A DNA stretch of 33,908 nucleotides from a virus (taxonomy: Duplodnaviria > Caudoviricetes), in the IMG/VR virus record IMGVR_UViG_3300038335_000008, positions 1-33,908 of that record; one strand, given 5' to 3'. The first letter of the stretch is position 1, and the number at the start of each line of letters is the position of its first letter. The notes below the pieces were generated by a model. The model worked only from the letters and a program-made list of their open reading frames with translations, made no database searches and was not told the origin of the DNA. Below, in pieces: positions 7,257 to 16,703 of this stretch. A program made the translations under genes and the position numbers.

Positions 7257-8261
7257 TTATTGCTCTGCTCTATAATAAATTGATGCCAAATCAAGAGTAG
7301 TTGAAGAAGTGGCTTGTAACCAACCAGTGGACAATAATTCTGTTCTTCTAAATGCAGCACTGTTTGTTGGGTCGGGTACTATGAAATATTGATGAATTGT
7401 CGGTCTAAGACCCACAGGCATTTGAAACACATTGGCCGATGTTCCGCTTGAAATTCTACCCCTAAAATGAACAAAACCCATTTCATCCTTCATATATTGA
7501 GCAGTATAACCCGAAGTGCTAACCCACCCATTCAACAATGACAGTGTTGTCCATGCTTCCTGTGTCTTGTTTGCTTTTGCACTTAGAAGATTATTGGCTT
7601 CGGTTTTGTTATAGTGATTGGTTGATAAGTAAGATAAGGACACTTCGCCAGTATCGCCTTTTGCACCTTTTAATGACAAGATATAATCTGCTTCTGTGCC
7701 TACATTTCCATTTGCTAACCAAACTTCGTAAGCCGATAAACCCTTGTCGCCTTTTGCACCCTCAACCAAACCAAAAGCAACTGTCAATCCATCGTTGGCT
7801 TGTGTGATTGAAGCAGTAGGACTTTCTCCATATGCAACTGATGTCGCAGTAACGGATTTGATTGTCAATCGTTCGTCAATGACGGTTTCGATGGTTGCCA
7901 CGACTGAGGCTGTTGCGTTGTCGTTGTTTAACTGAGATTCGATCGTGACGGATTTCTTCGGGAAACCTTTTCTCTTGCCATCTAACTGAACATAGGGATT
8001 GATGACCAACGCACCTTTTTTCGTGTGTGCTGATGTTAATGTGAATGTAGCGATAACGTCTGTAACGACCGGGGAAACACCGAGGATGTCGGCAGTTCCA
8101 TCGGACATGGATAGGTCGCAGCGTTTCTCCCAAGCTTCGTAATCTGTGCCTGTGAAGTCTAGGACTAACTCGATGGTTTCGTTGTCTGCGTTGAATGTGG
8201 GAGTTAAAGTCAAACGGGATCCGTTCATGATGTCTTTAACTGCGTAAATGATTTGTTGCAT
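7257..8261 (-). CDS. Tail fibre/upper baseplate protein with collagen-like segment
   Basis: BppU-like N-terminus, GAKGDKGLSAYEVW...KGAKGD, C-terminal LLNGW...GFVHFRG...MPVGLRP receptor-binding-type domain. Confidence 0.8.
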   Translation of the reverse strand: MQQIIYAVKDIMNGSRLTLTPTFNADNETIELVLDFTGTDYEAWEKRCDLSMSDGTADILGVSPVVTDVIATFTLTSAHTKKGALVINPYVQLDGKRKGFPKKSVTIESQLNNDNATASVVATIETVIDERLTIKSVTATSVAYGESPTASITQANDGLTVAFGLVEGAKGDKGLSAYEVWLANGNVGTEADYILSLKGAKGDTGEVSLSYLSTNHYNKTEANNLLSAKANKTQEAWTTLSLLNGWVSTSGYTAQYMKDEMGFVHFRGRISSGTSANVFQMPVGLRPTIHQYFIVPDPTNSAAFRRTELLSTGWLQATSSTTLDLASIYYRAEQ

Positions 8262-8302
8262 AGTTCCTCTTTCTATCTGCTAACCCCGTCGGGTAAGCAC
8301 GA

Positions 8303-8584
8303 TTATAAATTAGCTAATGTTAGTACGATTCCGACAAAAGCCGTCAGAGCCGTGCCAATGATCAATCTCATCGCCCATATTTGCGATGTTTCAATTTTCT
8401 CTACACGTTCCTCGACTCTGTCAAAACGGTTGTCGATAGCCTTATGGCTTTCTATATCGATTTTCGGTTGCATTTCGATTTGCGTTTCCATTCTCGACAC
8501 CTTGTTATTGATGGCGTTTACACTTGCGATGACTTCGTCAAGTTTAGCAATGATTTGTTTGTTCTGACTGGGTTGTTGTGTCAC
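8303..8584 (-). CDS. XhlA/hemolysin-like coiled-coil protein with C-terminal TM helix (holin accessory)
   Basis: Coiled coil followed by WAMRLIIGTALTAFVGIVL; adjacent to the endolysin. Confidence 0.7.
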   Translation of the reverse strand: MTQQPSQNKQIIAKLDEVIASVNAINNKVSRMETQIEMQPKIDIESHKAIDNRFDRVEERVEKIETSQIWAMRLIIGTALTAFVGIVLTLANL

Positions 8585-9363
8585 TTCAGAACCTCCTTTA
8601 CAATGGTGACGGATACACCGTCTTGCGATAATGTGACGTTGATCGGCTTTTCGACTTCTACGATTTTCTCGACTAACTTCGTGACGATGTTTTCTTTTAC
8701 GTCTAATAGATTATAAGCAGCGTACACCTCTTGACCGTTTTGAATGAGCTTCGCCCACTGGTAGCCGTCAATGAGTTCTTTCGTGACACTGACGAATCTC
8801 AATCCCTCCATCGGTACATGACCGAGTTGGTTTGTGGCTAAGAGTGCCGGAGTCGACCTTATGCGAACGTTACTAAACTTTGGAATCGCTAACGGTAATT
8901 TGTCGAATAGTTCTGTCATTTTCTGTACCCCTGTTCCTGTTACTTCTGTAAAAAATGTGACCTTTAACGGGTCTAAACCGAATTTGCTGACATCCCAATA
9001 GGAGTATGTTTTATACCCGATGGGAATGAGTAAAACCTCAAAATGCAAGTGTGGGCCTGTGCTTAAAGACCCCGTGTTTCCACCGAGTCCGATAATCTGA
9101 CCTTTGCGAACGATGTCGCCTACTTTGACTCGTCTTTCGTGCAAATGCAAGTATCTCGTCTGATACCAGTGAGCACCCTCATGCCTTATAGCGATGGTAT
9201 TTCCACCACCCGACATAAAATAAGAAGCGATGACGATTCCATCATCCCATGCCCTTATCGGAGGGTTGACTAGACCGATACGAACCCAACCTAAATCAAC
9301 TCCCCAATGTGCCGAGCCTTTGAATGCTTGGGTTAAGTAACCTTTTTCTAAAGGGGCGAACAT
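8581..9363 (-). CDS. Endolysin, M23 metallopeptidase with SH3-like C-terminal domain
   Basis: HWGVD, YLHL, GNTGSLSTGPHLHFE; C-terminal NVRIRSTP...DGYQW. Confidence 0.92.
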   Translation of the reverse strand: MFAPLEKGYLTQAFKGSAHWGVDLGWVRIGLVNPPIRAWDDGIVIASYFMSGGGNTIAIRHEGAHWYQTRYLHLHERRVKVGDIVRKGQIIGLGGNTGSLSTGPHLHFEVLLIPIGYKTYSYWDVSKFGLDPLKVTFFTEVTGTGVQKMTELFDKLPLAIPKFSNVRIRSTPALLATNQLGHVPMEGLRFVSVTKELIDGYQWAKLIQNGQEVYAAYNLLDVKENIVTKLVEKIVEVEKPINVTLSQDGVSVTIVKEVLK

Positions 9364-9755
9364 TAGCCCACCCCCTCAATTTCCTCTCGTGGCGCGTCTT
9401 GGAAGAACCTCTTGCCTTTGAGTTTTTTCAGTAAATCGTCAAGGTCTTGCAAAACGGCAACATCATCTAATTCTAATAGATGGCAAATATTGATCAGTGC
9501 CGAGTTGGTATGATAGACCGTGCTTAGTCCGGCAATGAAGAAGAATATCGGTGCATAAGCAATGTCTAAGACTTCAATGTCGCCTAGATAGTAATAACCG
9601 TAAACCAATAAGGCTAAAGCGATTTCTTTCTTCAGAACGCTGCCGAACCCTTGCCAAAAGATTTGAATGTCGAAGTCTTTCCCGACGGATTTCACAACAC
9701 CGACCAAGAAGTTTATACCGATGATGGCGAATATGAAGATGATAAGTTTATCCAT
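9363..9755 (-). CDS. Holin (about 3 TM helices)
   Basis: Three hydrophobic segments, charged C-terminus, directly upstream of the endolysin. Confidence 0.78.
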   Translation of the reverse strand: MDKLIIFIFAIIGINFLVGVVKSVGKDFDIQIFWQGFGSVLKKEIALALLVYGYYYLGDIEVLDIAYAPIFFFIAGLSTVYHTNSALINICHLLELDDVAVLQDLDDLLKKLKGKRFFQDAPREEIEGVG

Positions 9756-9767
9756 GTGTTCCTCTTT

Positions 9768-10022
9768 CTACTCCAAGCCCGCTAAGTGCCGTTGAAGTTT
9801 CACTAAATCCAATACGTCGATGACCCCATCCCGATTCATGTCGGCATTCCCCGGGCATTTCATTTTGTCGCCCAATTCAACATGACGGTGCAAGATGACT
9901 AAATCCGTTATCGTGACTCGTCTGTCGCAGTTCACATCGCCCTTTACGGGTTTTGGTATGTCAACACAAACGATGATACAAAACAATAACAATACAAATG
10001 CTAATATGATGATGTTTTTCAT
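9768..10022 (-). CDS. Membrane-anchored/secreted stand-alone dockerin (type I-like)
   Basis: N-terminal hydrophobic helix, then GDVNCDRRVTITDLVILHRHV...ADMNRDGVIDVLDLVKLQRHLAG, the duplicated Ca-binding loop-helix dockerin signature; GAGG RBS. Confidence 0.85.
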   Translation of the reverse strand: MKNIIILAFVLLLFCIIVCVDIPKPVKGDVNCDRRVTITDLVILHRHVELGDKMKCPGNADMNRDGVIDVLDLVKLQRHLAGLE

Positions 10023-10031
10023 GTTGTCCTC

Positions 10032-12374
10032 CTAGACCATGTATGAACCAGAAATAAATACCGAAGCACTTGTATCTAATGTTAAACCAGCAGTAAAGGC
10101 AATATTACTCGCAAATGTGTAAAATCTTATTCTCGCAACGTTAGGCACACACATTGCACCTAACTGATTTGCATAAGTCAAACTTGACGGAATGACAACC
10201 ACTGGCGACCATGAATCACCATTATTGAATGGCAATGTAACTTCCATGTTTCCAGTTCCTGTGTGAGCAGTCCATGTTAATTGAATGTCAAAATTAACCT
10301 TTCTACCTATCTTTGTGTACTTACCGACTTGTGCCAAATATGTGCCTGTTCCAGCAGTAGTTGTCCCAATAACTGTCGGTGACCATGTTCCGTTGGTCAT
10401 AATTGATTCACCATTAAGAACAACATCTTTTGCCGACAAAATTTTTACATCTATTAATTCACCAGTTAATTTATCCGCTTTCATAACAAATGTCTGACCA
10501 GTATGACCGCCTGCCGATACTGCCGTTGTTTTAATTTCCCCCGAGGTAGTGCCTATGCGAATGACGGATCTTATTTGTCTGCGTGGCGTTGGCAATGGTG
10601 TTCCACTCTCTACATAAGCAACGATTTGAGATAAATCAGTGATCGTTAATGTGCCACTGTTGTTGGTGTCATACACTTCATTTTCGTAGTCTGTCGGAGT
10701 GTCTAACCCCGCTAAGATTCGTCTTAATTTACTAATATCGCTATAATCGTATTCTTTGTTAAATAAATCTGATGTGTAAACTAAGTCATCGCCACTAATA
10801 TCAAAGCGACCTATTTTGCCACTTGTTGCCGTAACTTTACCTATCATCTCTAAATTACCTGCAATGTCGGCGGTTAGCACAGTATCGCCTAAGTTATTTT
10901 TAATTGCAAAATTAGTATCGGTAAATTCGTATCTAGCACCTTTGAGATACTTTTGAATAGGTGTAACACGAACCCAATGGCTAGGCATTTCAGATAAGTT
11001 GAATGTTCCACCTGCCGATTTTCTAGCACGAACCTTGAAATAATACGCATTGGATGGGGTTGTGATTTTCCGTTCCCGACCCGTAAAGGAAAACGCTGAT
11101 ATAAAGGCATTGGCGGATGTATAGAATAATATAGCAGTAGTTGTCGGGTCGATTAAGGATGAACACGTCAACACGATGTCAATACTCGGTGAAACTAAAC
11201 CTGTGGTTTTTGTCCGTAAATACTCGGAGTTGGAAACAGTTCCCCCAGTGGAAACGTCTAACCCTCCGACCTCCCATGTATCCTGTGTATAGGGTAAGAT
11301 AGAATCTTGACCACCGATGGCAGTACCGACGGCAAGTTCAATTTTGTTGTCTGCGTAAGCTTCGATTTCACCTGCCATGTCGTCGATTTTCAACTGAGCC
11401 TTTTTAACGGCTTTTTCTTCTACGGCTTGTGTCATTTCGGAAAAGAAATTCTTTAATGTCGGGCGGAAATTGCCAAATTCTACTGCAATAACACGTTGTG
11501 AAATGGGGTTGTAATCGTATGATAGAACCTCTGCCGATGTTGTGAACTGACGTGCTTTGACGACTACTGCGTCGCCTAAGGCTACATTTTGCTCAACGTC
11601 GGCTTTGACTTTGTAATTCACTCGGGGCACTTTGTAACGATCAAGATATAACTGAGCTACTAACGCAAGATTTGAAACGTTGTCTGAATCGAACGTCATT
11701 ATTTTTGTGTATGGTCGGTCGTAAGAAACATCAGCCGTCAACCATTCGGGAGTTAATAGGATTCCGTCGTTGCCGATGGGTTTTAGTTTTGTGACCACTA
11801 AATCCCAATTCTCCGTTATCTCGGATTCTTGGATGTTCTTTCCGTAAGCGAGGACAACTCCGTTATCTGCACCGATGTTAGCGGTTATGCGGATTTGCCA
11901 CCCGTCGAAGTCGAGTACACCGTTATATTCGTCTGCGATTTGTCGAAGTGCGTCGTAAAGGCTTAGATTGACGACTGAGAACGTTTTAAGCGTTGTGATG
12001 TCCGAATATACAGTGAAATTCGTTGTGTCCTCTGTGTTGGTTAACAGCGTCGTTAAGGCGGTCGTACAGTTTGCGTTTGTGACGGTTGATAATTCGACGG
12101 CATGATTTGCTGAGTCGAAACCGATGTGAAAGGCTTTAACTTCGACCTTTGATGTGACTTTAGGATTTTTTATGCGAAACGGTTGATTGCCTTTTTCCTT
12201 TGTTGCCACGACAATTATCATGTCGTGCTCGAGGTAAGATTGAAATTCTAACGGGGCATTGAGTTCGATGAACCAATCGCCAATTTCTCGATGTTCCTTG
12301 CAGAATAGAGGTTGAATGACTCGTTGACCATTGGAGGTAAACACCGTTGCATTTTTAGGAAATGACTTTATCAT
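10032..12374 (-). CDS. Tail-tip protein (Tal/prophage endopeptidase-tail family) with CBM-like, dockerin-like and C-terminal receptor-binding domains
   Basis: Follows Dit (ATGA overlap at 12374); YGKNI...VVTKLKPIGNDG and PRVNYKV Tal motifs; dockerin-like segment at about 10602-10751; C-terminal GTWSPT...GKYTKIGRKV domain. Confidence 0.85.
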   Translation of the reverse strand: MIKSFPKNATVFTSNGQRVIQPLFCKEHREIGDWFIELNAPLEFQSYLEHDMIIVVATKEKGNQPFRIKNPKVTSKVEVKAFHIGFDSANHAVELSTVTNANCTTALTTLLTNTEDTTNFTVYSDITTLKTFSVVNLSLYDALRQIADEYNGVLDFDGWQIRITANIGADNGVVLAYGKNIQESEITENWDLVVTKLKPIGNDGILLTPEWLTADVSYDRPYTKIMTFDSDNVSNLALVAQLYLDRYKVPRVNYKVKADVEQNVALGDAVVVKARQFTTSAEVLSYDYNPISQRVIAVEFGNFRPTLKNFFSEMTQAVEEKAVKKAQLKIDDMAGEIEAYADNKIELAVGTAIGGQDSILPYTQDTWEVGGLDVSTGGTVSNSEYLRTKTTGLVSPSIDIVLTCSSLIDPTTTAILFYTSANAFISAFSFTGRERKITTPSNAYYFKVRARKSAGGTFNLSEMPSHWVRVTPIQKYLKGARYEFTDTNFAIKNNLGDTVLTADIAGNLEMIGKVTATSGKIGRFDISGDDLVYTSDLFNKEYDYSDISKLRRILAGLDTPTDYENEVYDTNNSGTLTITDLSQIVAYVESGTPLPTPRRQIRSVIRIGTTSGEIKTTAVSAGGHTGQTFVMKADKLTGELIDVKILSAKDVVLNGESIMTNGTWSPTVIGTTTAGTGTYLAQVGKYTKIGRKVNFDIQLTWTAHTGTGNMEVTLPFNNGDSWSPVVVIPSSLTYANQLGAMCVPNVARIRFYTFASNIAFTAGLTLDTSASVFISGSYMV

Positions 12375-13054
12375 AGGAATCTGCTCCGAGGTGTTATGAC
12401 TAGTTCTGTGATAGTTCCAGTCCATGAGATTGCGTTGCTACCGGGTGCTAGTTTAGGAAAATCCCCCTCCATTTTTAACGTCTTATCGTTTGACGTTAGG
12501 TAATAGGCTTCCTGTGTTTTCGAGTCGATGAATACATATGGTGTATCGAAGATATAGGTAAAGGATGAACCGTTGATTGTCAGCACAACTGTTCCCGAGC
12601 CAGTGATTTTGATTAAGGGCAAGGATTCATATGTTCCTTGATTGGTTACGGTTGTTGGAGTTGTTGTGCGTGTTGTGTTGGATTCTGATTTAACATATCG
12701 AAACGGATCATAAACATAGAACGATATTGTCGACTTCTGCCATATTGCCAACGGATTAAAATCTATCCCTTCGATGACTTTTGCATATCTGATTTTCATC
12801 GGGTCATCTGCTACTTCCAAGATAACGTTTCCGTTTAATAAAGCGTAGATTTGGTCAAACTTGGTAGAATCAGTCAAGACGATTTTATATGATAAAGGGT
12901 ACCCATCGAATGTTTCTAGTTCTTCGAAGAATACCCCATCTCTGCCGGGAATCAAATATGGTTCTGTACGTTTTTTTGGCTTTACAAACGAGGTTCTGTT
13001 TTCAACAATGACACCCAATGAAGCCAACGATGTACCATTTATGACTATATCCAT
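12371..13054 (-). CDS. Distal tail protein (Dit)
   Basis: IPGRDG, DPFRY, NQGTYESLPLIKITG, FPKLAPGSNAI, ITPRSRFL; follows the tape measure gene. Confidence 0.88.
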   Translation of the reverse strand: MDIVINGTSLASLGVIVENRTSFVKPKKRTEPYLIPGRDGVFFEELETFDGYPLSYKIVLTDSTKFDQIYALLNGNVILEVADDPMKIRYAKVIEGIDFNPLAIWQKSTISFYVYDPFRYVKSESNTTRTTTPTTVTNQGTYESLPLIKITGSGTVVLTINGSSFTYIFDTPYVFIDSKTQEAYYLTSNDKTLKMEGDFPKLAPGSNAISWTGTITELVITPRSRFL

Positions 13055-13068
13055 GCTGATTCTCCTTT

Positions 13069-14832
13069 CTAACCGCCTGCATATACTATGCGATTGTCTA
13101 ATTTATCGTTAAAATGTGATTCTGAAATGACTGCGATGATATTCGCTCTTTCTAATTCTCTTCTGATTGCGATTGCTAATTCTCTAGGGTCTGATTGAGG
13201 AAGAACATTACCACCCGAATTTGCATATGGGTTTTCATTTCTTGGTACGATCATTTCGCCTTTATGTGCCATTACAAGCATATCTTCAGGTAGAAATCTT
13301 GTTCCCATTTCGAATTTAGGTATCAACGGGATGTTTAATCCGAAGTTTTTACCACCCAACAACGGCACCCAGTCAGGGATTTTGAATTGTAGTTTATTAG
13401 CACCTCGAATAAGAAAATTCAATGCGCCAATAACCATATTGACCATGTTTTTAAAACCTGCACCAATGCCGTCTGCAATTCCTGATGCGAATGTTCCTAA
13501 TCCACCGAAAATGCTTTTTAGTTTAGCGGAAATTGTATCCCAGTTTTTCCATAATAGAACTCCGATTGCGATAAATGCCCCGATGGCCAAGATGACTAAT
13601 GTTATCGGCGATGTTAAGAACGCCATGACGGCAGAGAAAGCCCCGACTGCCGTAGTCATAGTCCATGTTACAATCGCACCCCAAGCAGCGGCCACGTTAT
13701 AGGCAATTAAGGCAGTCACTAGTGTAGCCATAGCAATTCCTACTAGAGTTAACCACCATTCGTTTTCTTCAAACCATATAGGTAGTTCCTTCATGAATGA
13801 AACTAAATCAGTCAATGCCGGAAGTAAGAAGTTGATGGCTTCAACTCCAATGTTCATAAATATTCCTTCTGAAACGGCTTTTAATTCATCCATACCATCT
13901 GCAAATTCGTTTGCTTTATTTAAAGTATCTTGACTTAAAATCAATCCCGCTTTTTCAGCTTCTTTCCCCATCTTTTCGAGGGCTTCAGCACCACCTAAGA
14001 TTAAAGGATTTAAGTCTTGTGCAGATTTGCCGAATAAAGCCATCGCCAATGCGTCACGTTCAGTAGCGTTTTCTACTTCGCCAAGTGCTTTGATGGACTC
14101 TTGAAATACATCGTTGTTATCTCGTAAACTTCCGTCAACATTAGTAACTGATACACCTAATTTAGCGAACGCTTCAGAGGTTGCTTTGTTACCATCACGA
14201 GCCGATGACATATTTCGTGTAAGTTTTACCATCGAACCTGTTAATGTTTCTAAAGATACATCAATGCGATCAGACGCATATTTGAATTTTTGGATCTCTT
14301 CAACGGATAATCCTGTCTGCTTGGAAAGTGTGTTGATTTCATCTGCCATTTGTCCGGCAGCGATAGCAGAGCCTACAGTTGCACCGATAAACGCAGCACC
14401 TGCAACGGCAGCGGCTTTACCAATGTTCTTGAGGTTCTCAACGGCTTGTTTTTCGGTTAATTGTCCGTTGGCTTTTTTTGCTTGTTCTTCAAGGCTTTTT
14501 AATTTGCCCTCGGTAGCAGAAATTTCACGTTGTAAAGCACGATATTGTTCTTCGGAAATACTTCCTTTAGCAAACTCTTCACGAGCGAGTATTTCGGCTT
14601 TTTTGAGCGCTTCAAGTTTTTCTCTACTGGTTGAGATGGCTTCTCCCAATAGTTTTTGTTTCTGCGCTAAAAGTTCCGAATTTTTAGGGTCAAACTTTAA
14701 CTGCTTGTTGACCTCTTTTAACTCGGATTCAATGTCTTTTGATTTCTTATTTATATCTTCTAGCGCATTGGCTAATTTATCAGTCTTGCCATCAATCTCT
14801 AGGGTTATCCCCTTTAGGTAGTTTTTTGACAT
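13069..14832 (-). CDS. Tail tape measure protein
   Basis: KGITLEIDGKT N-terminus, long helical repeats, hydrophobic LWKNWD region; likely start at 14832 after GAGGT. Confidence 0.92.
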   Translation of the reverse strand: MSKNYLKGITLEIDGKTDKLANALEDINKKSKDIESELKEVNKQLKFDPKNSELLAQKQKLLGEAISTSREKLEALKKAEILAREEFAKGSISEEQYRALQREISATEGKLKSLEEQAKKANGQLTEKQAVENLKNIGKAAAVAGAAFIGATVGSAIAAGQMADEINTLSKQTGLSVEEIQKFKYASDRIDVSLETLTGSMVKLTRNMSSARDGNKATSEAFAKLGVSVTNVDGSLRDNNDVFQESIKALGEVENATERDALAMALFGKSAQDLNPLILGGAEALEKMGKEAEKAGLILSQDTLNKANEFADGMDELKAVSEGIFMNIGVEAINFLLPALTDLVSFMKELPIWFEENEWWLTLVGIAMATLVTALIAYNVAAAWGAIVTWTMTTAVGAFSAVMAFLTSPITLVILAIGAFIAIGVLLWKNWDTISAKLKSIFGGLGTFASGIADGIGAGFKNMVNMVIGALNFLIRGANKLQFKIPDWVPLLGGKNFGLNIPLIPKFEMGTRFLPEDMLVMAHKGEMIVPRNENPYANSGGNVLPQSDPRELAIAIRRELERANIIAVISESHFNDKLDNRIVYAGG

Positions 14833-14839
14833 GAATACC

Positions 14840-15112
14840 TCACTTTCCGAATTGCTCACGCAATGCTTTTTTGTCGGGTTTTGTTTGAGTCATAATCCAA
14901 CAATTCTCAAGATACTTTCTTCCTTCTTCTGTTTGATTAAGTTGATGGATGTAAGAATCTCTTAAATATTGCCAATACTCAACGATGTTTAATTCGCTGA
15001 TTTCTAGAATGTTTAATTTCGTGTAGTCGATGACGAATTTATCATCCAACGTTTCAACGCTGTAGTGCCCCTTATCATCGTCACTTGGATAATAAGGGAT
15101 TACAAGTTTGGG
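14840..15112 (-). CDS. Tail assembly chaperone, C-terminal (frameshifted, gpGT-like) segment
   Basis: -1 frame relative to the upstream chaperone, entered at the slippery heptamer C CCA AAC (15112-15106). Confidence 0.75.
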   Translation of the reverse strand, partial: PKLVIPYYPSDDDKGHYSVETLDDKFVIDYTKLNILEISELNIVEYWQYLRDSYIHQLNQTEEGRKYLENCWIMTQTKPDKKALREQFGK

Positions 15113-15390
15113 TGGTTTTTGACCTTTCCAAGCCATATGAAGTAAGCTTCTGATAGTTCATTCATCTGATCCAATGTCATTTGTTCGACAAACTCTACGG
15201 AAATATCTTTGTTTTGACGATTCTTGCTCAAAATACGGGATAAAACCTCAATGAATGCATCCATATCCTCGGTTTTTTTGACTTCCATGAGTCTTTTTAA
15301 TGTCTTAACTTTGGGAGGTTCAACCTCTAAAACGATTCCGTTAATCTTAACTTCGAAAAAACGAGTGATGATGTTATTTAAGTCAAACAT
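15100..15390 (-). CDS. Tail assembly chaperone (gpG-like)
   Basis: Lies between major tail and tape measure genes; ends ...KNHPNL. Confidence 0.82.
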   Translation of the reverse strand: MFDLNNIITRFFEVKINGIVLEVEPPKVKTLKRLMEVKKTEDMDAFIEVLSRILSKNRQNKDISVEFVEQMTLDQMNELSEAYFIWLGKVKNHPNL

Positions 15391-15427
15391 AAGTCCTCCT
15401 ATTTCTCGCCGATTGGCGTTATTTTCA

Positions 15428-15454
15428 AATTAAAGAGCGGATGTGACTCCGCTC
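15428..15454 (-). terminator. Hairpin/terminator after the major tail gene
   Basis: GAGCGGA-6 nt-TCCGCTC followed by TTTAATT. Confidence 0.6.
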
Positions 15455-15457
15455 ATA

Positions 15458-16003
15458 CTAAGTTACCGGTATTTCTTCTTCGAAGATTACCTTTGTTCCT
15501 TCTGAATCTAGGGATTGCGCTTTAAATTCTGCATCGATAACGACTTCTTTATCCTTTGCAAATGCCATTGTGAAACCTGCTTGATTGTTACCAACTACGG
15601 TTACACGGGTCTTTCCATGATCTGCGTCGTCATTGACGAAACGGATGATGTATTGTTTACCATCTTGATTGCTGATACCGCCGATTTTTACAGTGCGTTT
15701 CCCTGAAGCTTCTGTGACTCGTGCGGTCGAACTCAACTTATCCAACGTCTGACCATTCCATTTCATGACACCACTTTTTAACATAACTTCTTCTGCGGTT
15801 AAAATGGTTTTAGAAACGGTTTGCAAGTCATCCTCTGCGGTGTAGTACGTCGGTTTATATTCGAGTGAAGCACCTCCACTGATATTGCCTAGTTCATTCG
15901 CTTCGGCTTCGACTGTTGCGTCGACTGGGATTGTTCCTGTAAATTCAAGAACGTATAGTTTGCCAGAACCAAGAATTATCTTTTTTCCTGCTGTTGCTGC
16001 CAT
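15458..16003 (-). CDS. Major tail protein
   Basis: IILGSGKLY, LGNISGGASLEYKP, FAKDKEVVIDAEF; position in the tail module. Confidence 0.88.
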   Translation of the reverse strand: MAATAGKKIILGSGKLYVLEFTGTIPVDATVEAEANELGNISGGASLEYKPTYYTAEDDLQTVSKTILTAEEVMLKSGVMKWNGQTLDKLSSTARVTEASGKRTVKIGGISNQDGKQYIIRFVNDDADHGKTRVTVVGNNQAGFTMAFAKDKEVVIDAEFKAQSLDSEGTKVIFEEEIPVT

Positions 16004-16006
16004 TGA

Positions 16007-16321
16007 TTATTTCCTTTCTGTGAATGTGAAATTGTACACCGTCATATGACACCGTTCACTCGATAGCCACATGGTGTTTTTGGTGTAATTAAATGCCTTT
16101 TCGTCGAGCAATGCTTCGATAAGATTTTCTGCATTACTTCCCGGCTTTCTGCTGTACAACTCTACTGAAAAAGAACGGTCTACTAAGTCGTTTGAAAAGT
16201 CAGAACCAAAACAATCCACATCTTCCATATAGACAATGTAGGGCAATGGCGGAGGGCTTTCAAAACTGACGTAACCAACATCTAACCCGGTTGTTTCTAA
16301 CCACGTTTTAACGTCTAGCAT
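16007..16321 (-). CDS. Tail terminator/completion protein
   Basis: PPLPYIVY...VELYS; position in the head-tail module. Confidence 0.75.
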   Translation of the reverse strand: MLDVKTWLETTGLDVGYVSFESPPPLPYIVYMEDVDCFGSDFSNDLVDRSFSVELYSRKPGSNAENLIEALLDEKAFNYTKNTMWLSSERCHMTVYNFTFTERK

Positions 16322-16703
16322 TTTCTACCCCCTCCTCGACTAACTCAGGCAATCGCCTTTGAGCCAACTGTTCTCCGTAAATGATGTGAGGGAATGCTCT
16401 CGCTCTTCCCCCGGTTCTTGTTGCATGACCATGTTCGAGCAAGTGTGTCAATCGATGTTGACCGTTTGCCACATACCATGTTTTCGTTTTGTTGAATCGT
16501 GTTTCATCGGTTGTCTTGATTTTGAATGACTTCACATACTCATTGACACGATTAGACCGATTAAACGAAACTCTCTTCTTGATTTCTGCTTCGACTTCTT
16601 TTGATACGACTTCCACTGCATTTTTTGTAACTCGTGCGATTTCTTCAGAATATTCACTTAGTGAATCCATGATCGCTTTAGATAAGTTATCAATCTGTGT
16701 CAT
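16308..16703 (-). CDS. HK97 gp10-like neck protein
   Basis: HRLTHLLEHGH...GGRARAFPHI motif. Confidence 0.85.
   Translation of the reverse strand: MTQIDNLSKAIMDSLSEYSEEIARVTKNAVEVVSKEVEAEIKKRVSFNRSNRVNEYVKSFKIKTTDETRFNKTKTWYVANGQHRLTHLLEHGHATRTGGRARAFPHIIYGEQLAQRRLPELVEEGVENARR

Noticed and set aside
5309-12374. Diversity-generating retroelement or invertible tail-fibre switch
   Set aside because: I saw no reverse transcriptase, no template/variable repeat pair and no invertase.
14114-14821. Long plus-strand ORFs (e.g. 14114-14821, 13331-13702, 1080-1457, 18225-18590)
   Set aside because: These are antisense shadows of well-supported minus-strand genes with no recognisable motifs.
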